This document shows, piece by piece, positions 1-6,950 of a stretch of 7,233 bases of DNA. The stretch comes from a virus. Its lineage: Duplodnaviria; Heunggongvirae; Uroviricota; Caudoviricetes. The notes under the pieces are model-generated. The model was not told the origin of the DNA. It saw nothing but the letters and a program-made list of their open reading frames with translations, and ran no database searches. Where the stretch lies: the IMG/VR virus record IMGVR_UViG_2531839030_000007; one strand, 5' to 3'. Both the position numbers and the translations under genes were made by a program. The number at the start of each line of letters is the position of its first letter. Positions within the stretch are counted from its first letter, which is position 1.

Positions 1-73
1 AACGTGTATTTTTAGTCATCCTGTTTACCTCTTTCTCAGGGAGTTTAGTCTCCAGGATTCCCGGGGCGGTTCA
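1..73 (-). mobile_element. Left end of an IS3-family insertion sequence (IS629/IS1203-like): terminal inverted repeat plus first codons of orfA; the element continues beyond the window start
   Basis: Read on the minus strand from position 73 the sequence is TGAACCGCCCCGGGAATCCTGGAGACTAAAC..., a TG-initiated terminal repeat I recognise as IS629-group. It is followed by an AGAGG Shine-Dalgarno and ATG at 19..17 opening ATG ACT AAA AAT ACA CGT (MTKNTR...), which matches the orfA N-terminus as I recall it. Tfa homology on the plus strand begins abruptly at about 74. Confidence 0.65.
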
Positions 74-189
74 ATCTGCTGGCCGGAACTAATGAATTTA
101 TTGGTGAAGGTGACGCATACATTCCGCCTCATACAGGTCTGCCAGCAAACAGTACCGATATTGCACCGCCAGATATTCCGGCTGGCTTC

Positions 190-606
190 GTGGCTGTTTT
201 CAACAGTAATGAGGCATCGTGGCATCTCGTTGAAGATCATCGGGGTAAAACGGTTTATGACGTGGCTTCCGGCGACGCGTTATTTATTTCTGAACTCGGT
301 CCGTTACCGGAAAATGTTACCTGGTTGTCGCCGGATGGAGAGTGTCAGAAGTGGAACGGCACATCCTGGGCGAAAGATGCAGAAGCAGAAAAACTGTTTC
401 GGGTACGGGAGGCAGAAGAAACAAAAAACAGCCTGATGCAGGTAGCCAGTGAGCATATTGCGCCACTTCAGGATGCCGTAGATTTGGATATTGCGACGGA
501 GGAAGAGGCATCGTTACTGGCTGCATGGAAGACATATCGGGTATTGTTGAATCGTGTTGATACAACAGTAGCAGCGGATGTTGAGTGGCCAGTCGCCCCA
601 CAATAA
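190..606 (+). CDS. tfa: Tail fibre assembly protein (Tfa family), 5'-truncated remnant; probably a pseudogene
   Basis: The translation (…[81 protein letters not shown]…VLLNRVD…) is near-identical to enterobacterial lambdoid/P2-type Tfa proteins as I recall them. The frame is open from 49 but has no ATG/GTG/TTG before the GTG at 190. The canonical Tfa N-terminus (about 16 residues, MAFRMSEQPRTIKIY in E. coli homologues) is not encoded; IS sequence takes its place. Stop is TAA at 604..606. Confidence 0.85.
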   Translation: MAVFNSNEASWHLVEDHRGKTVYDVASGDALFISELGPLPENVTWLSPDGECQKWNGTSWAKDAEAEKLFRVREAEETKNSLMQVASEHIAPLQDAVDLDIATEEEASLLAAWKTYRVLLNRVDTTVAADVEWPVAPQ

Positions 607-613
607 AAAGAAA

Positions 614-641
614 AAGCCATCGACAGAAATATCGATGGCTT
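614..641. terminator. Bidirectional rho-independent terminator between the convergent tfa and acetyltransferase genes
   Basis: Perfect 10-bp inverted repeat AAGCCATCGA (614..623) / TCGATGGCTT (632..641) with an 8-nt loop. On the minus strand it is followed by TTTTTCTTTTTA, on the plus strand by TTATGTACTCTATTT. It lies 8 nt after the tfa stop and 9 nt after the minus-strand gene stop (650..652). Confidence 0.6.
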
Positions 642-649
642 TATGTACT

Positions 650-1222
650 CTATTTATACAATACAACACCACTCTTTTTAGTTATATATGTGCAGTTTGA
701 TGGTATATCTTTATTTATAAAAGACATTGCACCTATTTTTACATTATCCCCAATTTTACGTGATAATCCAATGATGCAACAATTAGCTCCGATATCAACG
801 TTACTACCAATTTTTACTCTTGAACTAGGCATATCACCATCTATCTGTCCAATGGTAGTATTCTGTCGTAATACCAGATTTTCACCCGCATCAACAGCAA
901 AATGAACAACAATTCCAGCATGATGGGGAATTGTCAACCCTTTTCCAATATTTGCGCCCAATCCTATTTCACAACCAAACTTGTTAATTATTTTACTGTT
1001 TAACTTTTTGGCTGCTTTCTTATGTAATTTATTACCATTAATATACATTTCGTTAGCCAACCGCCACCAGAAAAGGAAATTCCGGTTACGCTGCTTTTTC
1101 TCTCTTAAAAGCCTCCAGATATCCATACGTTTCCGCCGAATTACTTCATGTTTCCAGAAGTTTTTTAAATTAGTAGAGTTTCCAAATAAAACAAAGTGAA
1201 TTGCCATTAAGTAAGATAGCAC
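650..1222 (-). CDS. Hexapeptide-repeat (left-handed beta-helix) acetyltransferase, WcaB/CysE-like; AT-rich cargo gene
   Basis: The ORF is open 650..1255. Its translation carries the serine/sugar O-acetyltransferase signature FGCEIGLGANIGKGLTIPHHAGIVVH…GENLVLRQNTTIG…VKIGSNVDIGANCCIIG…IGDNVKIGAMSFINKDIP, preceded by an FWWRLA helical segment. Start is uncertain: GTG at 1222..1220 has AAGGAG 6 nt upstream (preferred); alternatives are GTG at 1255 and ATG at 1207. Hand counts of 60-nt blocks give about 25-32% G+C here against about 53% in a tail-gene block. Confidence 0.8.
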   Translation of the reverse strand: MLSYLMAIHFVLFGNSTNLKNFWKHEVIRRKRMDIWRLLREKKQRNRNFLFWWRLANEMYINGNKLHKKAAKKLNSKIINKFGCEIGLGANIGKGLTIPHHAGIVVHFAVDAGENLVLRQNTTIGQIDGDMPSSRVKIGSNVDIGANCCIIGLSRKIGDNVKIGAMSFINKDIPSNCTYITKKSGVVLYK

Positions 1223-1273
1223 GATAATCTCCTTAATTATTATTTCAGACCACACATGTTATAAGGTTAAGAG

Positions 1274-1302
1274 ATTATAAAATCCTGTTATTTGTTATTC
1301 AA
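1274..1302 (-). promoter_or_regulatory. Sigma70-type promoter for the acetyltransferase gene
   Basis: On the minus strand: -35 TTGAAT (1302..1297), a 17-bp spacer, and a perfect -10 TATAAT (1279..1274). There is an A/T-rich tract upstream of the -35. The predicted transcription start near 1267 lies upstream of the AAGGAG Shine-Dalgarno at 1234..1229. Confidence 0.45.
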
Positions 1303-1378
1303 AAACAATTTTCTGAGAAGGACATACAACAGCAAGTCGCCAGTCACCTTCATCAGGAAATTGGCGACATACGTTAAA

Positions 1379-1873
1379 TCAGAGCAGCCCCTTAACTGAG
1401 CTGGCCGCGCTATTAAGGGATGATGTCACCTTATCTTTGAAGCCGGACAGCATATCGCTGAACGATGAGGATTGCAGGCGCTCCCGCAAATCCTCATCAC
1501 AGCGTTCAAGAGTCAGTGAAAATTCTATCTTTTTCGCCTTACCGTAGCGATCAAACTCGGAGCGGGTCGTATTCGTTCCGGTCAGGACATACATGCCGTA
1601 AATCTGCCCGACGCCATCAATCAAAGGCCAAGGACGTCCTGTATATGCCTGCGTGGTCAACAACGACAGCGACACTTCGCCACCAGTAATCTCAGGATAA
1701 AGAACACCAGAAAGAACGATGCGATCATCACCTGCACCGATATACTGCCAGCTTGCTGAACGGTTAACGCGTTCATTTTTCACATGTCGCCAGCTTTTGT
1801 TTTGCTGTAACTGCTGATGCGGCAACGTGCGCAGCTCAAAAACAAACATGCCGTAGATCATCATCATGGCCAT
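1379..1873 (-). CDS. U: P2 gpU-like tail protein
   Basis: The translation shares blocks with P2 gpU as recalled (LSGVLYPEITGG, WPLIDGVGQIYGMYV, KIEFSLTLERCDE). GAGGAG lies just upstream of the ATG cluster at 1873..1861, and the upstream tape-measure fragment ends at 1880..1882. Stop is TGA at 1379..1381. Confidence 0.88.
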   Translation of the reverse strand: MAMMMIYGMFVFELRTLPHQQLQQNKSWRHVKNERVNRSASWQYIGAGDDRIVLSGVLYPEITGGEVSLSLLTTQAYTGRPWPLIDGVGQIYGMYVLTGTNTTRSEFDRYGKAKKIEFSLTLERCDEDLRERLQSSSFSDMLSGFKDKVTSSLNSAASSVKGLL

Positions 1874-1879
1874 GACTCC

Positions 1880-2716
1880 TCAATCTTTATCGTAAAAACT
1901 GCCACGCCTGGCACGGGCGCGCCGTTCCATTTCTGCCCTGACCATTTCGCCGACCAGTTTCGCCAGTTCGCGGGGATTCTGCGTAACAACGTTATGCAGA
2001 TGAACATGAATTTCACCGCCAAATCCGGAGGCAACAGGCTCCCGGTTACGGGAAGTTGCAGGAACTGATGCCACTGGCGATCGTATGGCCTCCACCACCG
2101 GGCGGGAGCTGGCCGCAACAACAGGGACCAGCGCCGGAGGCAGCGGAGCCGGGACCACGGGTGTGATATTAATTGCGGGGGCAGGCTTACTGACCTGCGC
2201 AATCTTCCGCTCCTGCCACTCCCCACGAACAGCAAGTGCGCGGGGCAGGTTCTTAAAGACAATATCGCCGGGGCCAATGCGTTTTTTTGTCTCATCAACC
2301 AGCTTACCTGTGTTATCAGCAATTTTGCTGAGTCTGCGTAGCGTGCCGGTATTGCTGTCTGTGAGAGGTTTGTTGTCTTTGGGTTTATCATCTCCGGTGC
2401 CATTGCTATTTCCCGCAGACTTCGGCGGATTGATTTTCGCAATGTCTCCCTGAAACAGAGCAACCTTGTCCTGAAGAATGGCCGCACGTTGTGCGTCTTC
2501 GATTTTCTTGCGCGCCCTTTCCGCTTCATCCGGAAGCACACCGAGTTTTTCAAGTATCCACGCCAGCGTATCCAGCAACATTTTTGCAGGCGTCAGAACA
2601 AGCTGTAACGCACCACCAAGAACGTTACCGAATACCTCGCCAGCACTGGTACATTTATCCAGCGTTTCCTTGCTGGACTCCATCGGTGACAGCAGCGATT
2701 TAAACCAGTTAAACAC
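1880..2716 (-). CDS. T: Tail tape measure protein, C-terminal portion, out of frame with the N-terminal portion (frameshifted gene or pseudogene)
   Basis: A 278-codon ORF that overlaps the 3' end of the 708-codon tape-measure ORF in a different frame. It sits directly between the tape measure and gpU, as the tape-measure C-terminus does in P2. Its frame opens just after a TGA within the overlap. Confidence 0.75.
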   Translation of the reverse strand: MFNWFKSLLSPMESSKETLDKCTSAGEVFGNVLGGALQLVLTPAKMLLDTLAWILEKLGVLPDEAERARKKIEDAQRAAILQDKVALFQGDIAKINPPKSAGNSNGTGDDKPKDNKPLTDSNTGTLRRLSKIADNTGKLVDETKKRIGPGDIVFKNLPRALAVRGEWQERKIAQVSKPAPAINITPVVPAPLPPALVPVVAASSRPVVEAIRSPVASVPATSRNREPVASGFGGEIHVHLHNVVTQNPRELAKLVGEMVRAEMERRARARRGSFYDKD

Positions 2717-4719
2717 CTGGCTGAACCGCTTCCGATTACGTCAAAAACAGGGCCAAACCGTTCAAAGGTGTCGCGCAACGGGGTCAGCCTTTCCATAATC
2801 CCGCTGAACACCCCGGCAAAGAAAGCCCTGATAGGATCCCAGTATTTCCAGATAAGAACGGCAGCTCCGGCAAGCGCAGCCACGATAAGACCAACCGGAC
2901 TGAACAACGCCCCGATAACGCCTCCCAGTAAAGAAACGGAACCCGTCACCATTCCCCATAGCGCAGGTAACACCCTGACGACATTCATTGACCGGGTAAG
3001 AATGTCAAAACCAAGACGCAGGGTGGCCAGCTTCCCGTAAAGCACCCCAATAACCAGCGACAACGAGCCAATCGTTGCAGTCATTGCCAGCAACGCACCG
3101 CCTGCTATCAGTAGCTGGCGCGTCAGTACCGGATGGGCCTGCGCCAGCGAGGTGATTTTTTCAAGCACCCGCGTGAGCCACTGCGTGACAGAACGCAGCG
3201 GACCGTCAACCAGATCACTGATGCGAATACGAAGACCTTCCCATGCGCTGTCGAGATTTTTCAGGTCCCCATCAAGATTATCAGCCATTACTTTTGCGAC
3301 GCGATCGGCCTCTCCCCTTGCCCCCTGCAATTCTCTGGTCAGTTTTTGCAGCTCTCCTGAACCAGCCGCCGCAACAAGCGTCTGCAAACCAACGAACGCC
3401 TCTTCTCCGGCGATGTCCTTGAAGAAGGAGACCTGGTCCACCTGTCCGTATTTTTGTGTCGCCTTATAGAGATCAAGCAGCACATCCTCCATCGGGCGCA
3501 TTTTGCCTCTGGCGTCAGCAACTGACACCCCCAGCTCTTTCAGTGCATCAGCCGCAGCTTTTGGCGGTGATGCAAGGCGGGACAGACTTGCGCGCATGGC
3601 CGTGCCAGCATCGCTTCCGCGAAGACCATTATTGGCAAGCATCCCGGCCATGGCCGCCGCTTCTTCAAGACTGATACCAAGTTTTGCGGCAACCGGACCG
3701 GTATACTTCATGGTTTCGCCCAGCGCGCGTAAATCAGTATTGGTCCGGGTAAATGCTGCTGTCAGCGTATCGCCCACCCGGTCCATTTGATCGGCTGTCA
3801 GGTTGAACTGTGTGAGGATATTGGAGCCTATATCAGCCGTCTCGCCGAGTTCGACGCCACCTGCCAGCGCCATATTAAGAACACCGGGCAATGCGGCCTG
3901 AATGGCCTGCGGAGTAAAACCAGCCATTGCCAGAAAGCTCTGCCCACTGGCGGCATCACTCGCAGTAAACTGTGTTTCAGCAAGTTTTAACGCCTGCTCA
4001 CGCAGCGCCTTAAACTGCGGGCTGTTTTTGTCGATTCGCGTCAGTGCCTGAACGCGGGACATCTCTTTGCCGAACCCGATCGCAGGCTGCAAAAAACGCC
4101 CGGCAGCATAGCCGCCCGCCGCTGCCGCACCAATTGCCAGCGCACCACCTGTTTTCAGTTTTCCCGCGGTTTCCTGCGCGTGCGAATACCGCTCACGCGC
4201 CTGCGTTACACGCGCAAGCGCCTGCCGTTCGCGTTCAAGCTGGTTGTTGTATTGTTCGGTGCGTCTGATGGCCTGCTGAATGGTGTTATCGCTGCCTGTC
4301 AGGGAAATGCCGTGGCGTTTCAGCTCTCCGCCAAGTTCCCTCATTTTCTGAATTTCCCGTGTGCGCGATTCATTCAGGCGTTCAAGCCGGGTGCTTAACT
4401 GCTGCATCAGCTTTTGTTGTTTTTCGCTGAGCACTGTACCCGTGCGTTGTAACTGATTAAGGGCGTTAAGCTGGCGTCGTGCTTTCACGATGCCAGCATC
4501 CGCTTTACTGACAGCGTCGCGGGCGCGCTCAAATGATCGCGCCTGACGCTCGAGATTTTTGATCGCCCCCTGCGTTCGCTGGATGGAGTCACCAAACTGC
4601 CCCATCAGGCGGCGTGCGTTTTCGGCAGGTCGGGTCAGCCTGTCAACGGCGCTGAAAGCGACCCGGATATCAAGAGTCTTCATTGTCTGCATTCCCGCTG
4701 CGAAGTGCCGCCCGCTCAC
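2593..4719 (-). CDS. T: Tail tape measure protein, N-terminal portion (P2 gpT-like)
   Basis: A 708-codon ORF with coiled-coil-like Ala/Gln/Arg/Leu-rich segments and C-terminal hydrophobic Gly/Ala-rich stretches typical of tape measures, located between E/E' and gpU. The last roughly 45 residues (…GSGSARCLTGLNRCCHRWSP…) look out of frame. The true start is probably ATG at 4692 or 4683, overlapping the E' stop at 4670..4672, rather than GTG at 4719. Confidence 0.88.
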   Translation of the reverse strand: MSGRHFAAGMQTMKTLDIRVAFSAVDRLTRPAENARRLMGQFGDSIQRTQGAIKNLERQARSFERARDAVSKADAGIVKARRQLNALNQLQRTGTVLSEKQQKLMQQLSTRLERLNESRTREIQKMRELGGELKRHGISLTGSDNTIQQAIRRTEQYNNQLERERQALARVTQARERYSHAQETAGKLKTGGALAIGAAAAGGYAAGRFLQPAIGFGKEMSRVQALTRIDKNSPQFKALREQALKLAETQFTASDAASGQSFLAMAGFTPQAIQAALPGVLNMALAGGVELGETADIGSNILTQFNLTADQMDRVGDTLTAAFTRTNTDLRALGETMKYTGPVAAKLGISLEEAAAMAGMLANNGLRGSDAGTAMRASLSRLASPPKAAADALKELGVSVADARGKMRPMEDVLLDLYKATQKYGQVDQVSFFKDIAGEEAFVGLQTLVAAAGSGELQKLTRELQGARGEADRVAKVMADNLDGDLKNLDSAWEGLRIRISDLVDGPLRSVTQWLTRVLEKITSLAQAHPVLTRQLLIAGGALLAMTATIGSLSLVIGVLYGKLATLRLGFDILTRSMNVVRVLPALWGMVTGSVSLLGGVIGALFSPVGLIVAALAGAAVLIWKYWDPIRAFFAGVFSGIMERLTPLRDTFERFGPVFDVIGSGSARCLTGLNRCCHRWSPARKRWINVPVLARYSVTFLVVRYSLF

Positions 4720-5199
4720 GCCAGCTAACCACTTCGCCGGGCGTCATCATGAAGATTTCGGCGGGCGACCAGTTAAAAATAACGGCAATATCTGCCACAA
4801 AGTCTTCTATGTGCTCAAAGCACACAACCGTGATCAGGCTTCCGTCGCCTGTTCGTTCTTCCCGCCAGAGTCCGCACCGCTCAAAAAATTTACGGCAACC
4901 ACACATAACTGAATAAAGTCACGGGATGCCATTTTTTTGATCGTCACTTCATCCAGTCGCGGTGATGTCACGCGTGACAGCAGCGTAAACATGGATTCCG
5001 CTTTCAGATTCAGCACATCAGACAGCGACAAATCTCGCAGAGATCCAGCCTGCTCAATAGCCCCGGTGATCTCCACATACGTGATTTTTTCGCCGCCTCG
5101 CTCAATTGGTTGGGTAAGTTTTACACCACGCTCACTGGTTTCTTTCACAGTGTCAGTAACTACCGTGTTTTCGGTATCGATGTTTTTCGTCTCTTTCAT
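4670..5199 (-). CDS. Tail assembly chaperone E+E' fusion, made by programmed -1 ribosomal frameshift (P2 gpE+E'-like)
   Basis: The E frame (5199..4882) joins the -1 frame (4882..4670) at the slippery heptamer T_TTT_TTG. The -1 frame encodes …SPAEIFMMTPGEVVSWRER…, and the predicted fusion is about 176 aa. The arrangement of E, E' and T matches the P2 FETUD operon. Confidence 0.7.
4834..5199 (-). CDS. E: Tail assembly chaperone E (P2 gpE-like)
   Basis: A 121-codon ORF containing PIERGGEKITYVEI. AGGAG lies 8 nt upstream of the ATG at 5199..5197. It sits between the tube and tape-measure genes. Confidence 0.85.
   Translation of the reverse strand: MKETKNIDTENTVVTDTVKETSERGVKLTQPIERGGEKITYVEITGAIEQAGSLRDLSLSDVLNLKAESMFTLLSRVTSPRLDEVTIKKMASRDFIQLCVVAVNFLSGADSGGKNEQATEA
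4882..4888 (-). other. Programmed -1 frameshift slippery heptamer T_TTT_TTG for E/E'
   Basis: The minus strand reads AAT TTT TTG in the E frame (codons N104-F105-L106). The -1 frame is open from this point to 4670, and the E frame terminates 15 codons later at 4834..4836. Confidence 0.7.
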
Positions 5200-5253
5200 C
5201 AGGAAACTCCTTTCAGTCAGAGGCGACGCACTGCGCCGCCTGCATATTACTTA

Positions 5254-5766
5254 TCAGCCAAGCCCAAGCGCGGAACGGATGCGATCGGGCACAATGTCCT
5301 TGCCGTCCTTCCGGTAAATGAAGTTCAGCAGGTCAATCTCCCACAACGGGCGATCGTTAACACTCAGCTTGTAGTAGGTGTTTTTAATGGCGTAAGTGTG
5401 TGATGTGGCTTCGCCCTGTTTGGCTTCCCCCATATCAATTTCCGTCACACGTCCGCGCATTTCGACTTCATACAGGTCGCTTTCATCATCGGTGTAGTAT
5501 TCCCCCGCAAAACGCAGTAGCGTGCCGTCAATCGTGCCGCCATACTTCAGGAACAGCTCACGAACTGCGCCCCCCATGACAAAGCTCGCATCAAGCGCGG
5601 AGTCGTCCAGGCCGAGGTCAATACTTACCGCACCCATCATGCCACCACCCCGGTAGCTGTCGGTTTTGCGCGTCAGTTTAGGCAGGGTGACGGACGTCAC
5701 CTTACCCACTTCGTTTTCACCATCCACAAACAGCGTAAAAAAGCGAAGATGTTTTGGTACAGCCAT
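5254..5766 (-). CDS. FII: Tail tube protein (P2 gpFII-like)
   Basis: The translation contains VTLPKLTRK…YRGGGM…DLGLDD…LRFAGEY…EVEMRGR, matching P2 FII blocks as recalled. GGGAGG lies upstream of the ATG at 5766..5764, which overlaps the FI stop as TGATG. Confidence 0.93.
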   Translation of the reverse strand: MAVPKHLRFFTLFVDGENEVGKVTSVTLPKLTRKTDSYRGGGMMGAVSIDLGLDDSALDASFVMGGAVRELFLKYGGTIDGTLLRFAGEYYTDDESDLYEVEMRGRVTEIDMGEAKQGEATSHTYAIKNTYYKLSVNDRPLWEIDLLNFIYRKDGKDIVPDRIRSALGLG

Positions 5767-6950
5767 CAGGCACCTCCCAGCACCGCAAATGCGGGACCAA
5801 AGAATTCATCAGTAAACGACTGGTAAAGCTCCATGTCTTCCAGCGGAGGAACGGGCGTATATTTGTAGCGAATACGCACACGCCCCTGACGTAAATTCGT
5901 GGTGCTGTTATCCTCGATGTCATACCAGCACTCCGCGCCAATCAGTTTCCCGGCAGTAACCAGTGAATCCAGTTTTGCCCTGATGGCACTGATAACATCC
6001 TTCACGTTCGCAGGTGTCAGTGGACTGTCGATGGTTTCAAACTGCGCTTCCGCAATTGAATCAGCCAGCACCTGTGCGGTTCGGGTATACACCTCAAAGA
6101 TGTAGGCGTTCGTTTCCGGTGTGCGGTTGCCCCAGAAGCGGAACCCGTTGCGACGAATAATGGTCGTGATTTCTTTGTTGTTGAGGCTGTTGGCATCACT
6201 GTCTTCGGCCTGCAACGACCAGAACACATGCCTCGACATCCCAAGCACATTTTTAACCGGAACGTTGGACAGCGATTTGTGCCAGCCCTGCTCATGGTCA
6301 ATGTACGCACGAAGGCCGCACGCATAAGCAGGCGCGGGGAACGTTTCGTTTTTGCCACTTTTCAGGTTGTAGGCGATGAAGTCAGGCCATAAGAGCATCA
6401 CCTCACGTTCGTTGAATTTCTGGCGGTAGGTAATCGCCTCAGCCATCGTGTTACAACCATGACATGTGGCATACACAAACGCGCGCAGTTTACCCGCAAT
6501 CACGCACAGGGATTTTGTTACCGCCTCCGTGTCCAGCTCCGGCGCGGCCAGAATACGCGGACGGTATCCGATGCTTTCATCCTGCTCTGCAACAAGCAGC
6601 GCATACATCCCCGTATAGCTGCCGTCAGATTCAGAACCACCGATAACCAGTTGATCCTGCGTCTTACCGCCTTCTTCTTTGTGTTCAGCCACGCGAACGA
6701 CGATCACTTTTGTGCTCACCTGGTCTGCGATAGCCTTAAGCGCACGATAAAGCGTCCCCGTAGTCCCGCATTTTCCCAGCACGTCATTGACGCGGGTCAG
6801 CAGTGTGGGCTTGTTCAGCGGGAACAGCTCCGCGTCCGCATCATCTGCCGTTGCCACGATACCGATAACACTGGAATCAACATCATTAATCGCTGTTACC
6901 AGGTCGGTACTTTCCGTAACACGGGCACCATGAAAACGAGTTTCACTCAT
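5766..6950 (-). CDS. FI: Contractile tail sheath protein (P2 gpFI-like)
   Basis: The 394-aa translation carries P2 FI blocks (ADDADAELFPLNKP, KLRAFVYA, WPDF, EQGWHKSLSNV, RRNGFRFWGNRT, YKYTPVPPLE). AAGGGG lies 9 nt upstream of the ATG at 6950..6948. Confidence 0.95.
   Translation of the reverse strand: MSETRFHGARVTESTDLVTAINDVDSSVIGIVATADDADAELFPLNKPTLLTRVNDVLGKCGTTGTLYRALKAIADQVSTKVIVVRVAEHKEEGGKTQDQLVIGGSESDGSYTGMYALLVAEQDESIGYRPRILAAPELDTEAVTKSLCVIAGKLRAFVYATCHGCNTMAEAITYRQKFNEREVMLLWPDFIAYNLKSGKNETFPAPAYACGLRAYIDHEQGWHKSLSNVPVKNVLGMSRHVFWSLQAEDSDANSLNNKEITTIIRRNGFRFWGNRTPETNAYIFEVYTRTAQVLADSIAEAQFETIDSPLTPANVKDVISAIRAKLDSLVTAGKLIGAECWYDIEDNSTTNLRQGRVRIRYKYTPVPPLEDMELYQSFTDEFFGPAFAVLGGA

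Noticed and set aside
17-45. Sequence resembling the left half-site of Gin/Cin/Pin-family invertase crossover sites (ATCCTGTTTACC), next to a tail-fibre assembly gene
   Set aside because: The right half-site does not form the expected inverted repeat, and the sequence is better explained as the interior of the IS3-family terminal region (Shine-Dalgarno and orfA start).
25-436. ORFs 25..240 (minus) and 92..436 (plus) overlapping the tfa frame
   Set aside because: They are out of frame with, or antisense to, a strongly supported tfa reading frame, and their translations have no recognisable features.
585-1199. Plus-strand ORFs 585..905 and 981..1199, antisense to the acetyltransferase gene
   Set aside because: These are shadow ORFs in AT-rich DNA with low-complexity translations, no ribosome-binding sites, and full overlap with a gene that has a clear family signature.
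661-1331. 8-bp direct repeat ATACAACA at 661..668 and 1324..1331, roughly flanking the AT-rich cassette
   Set aside because: It is short and sits in AT-rich DNA where chance repeats are common. The left copy is inside the acetyltransferase coding sequence. There is not enough evidence for a target-site duplication.
1336-1368. Possible terminator downstream of gpU (7-bp stem GTCGCCA/TGGCGAC)
   Set aside because: The 19-nt loop and weak U-tract make it unconvincing as an intrinsic terminator. It is noted only as a cassette boundary.
1864-4912. Multiple long ORFs on the plus strand or in alternative minus-strand frames inside the tape-measure gene (for example 1864..2553, 2085..2453, 3152..3469, 3503..3790, 4559..4912)
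   Set aside because: These are typical overlapping-frame artefacts of GC-rich coding sequence, with Arg/Ser/Pro/Ala-rich translations and no start signals. The tape-measure frame explains the region.
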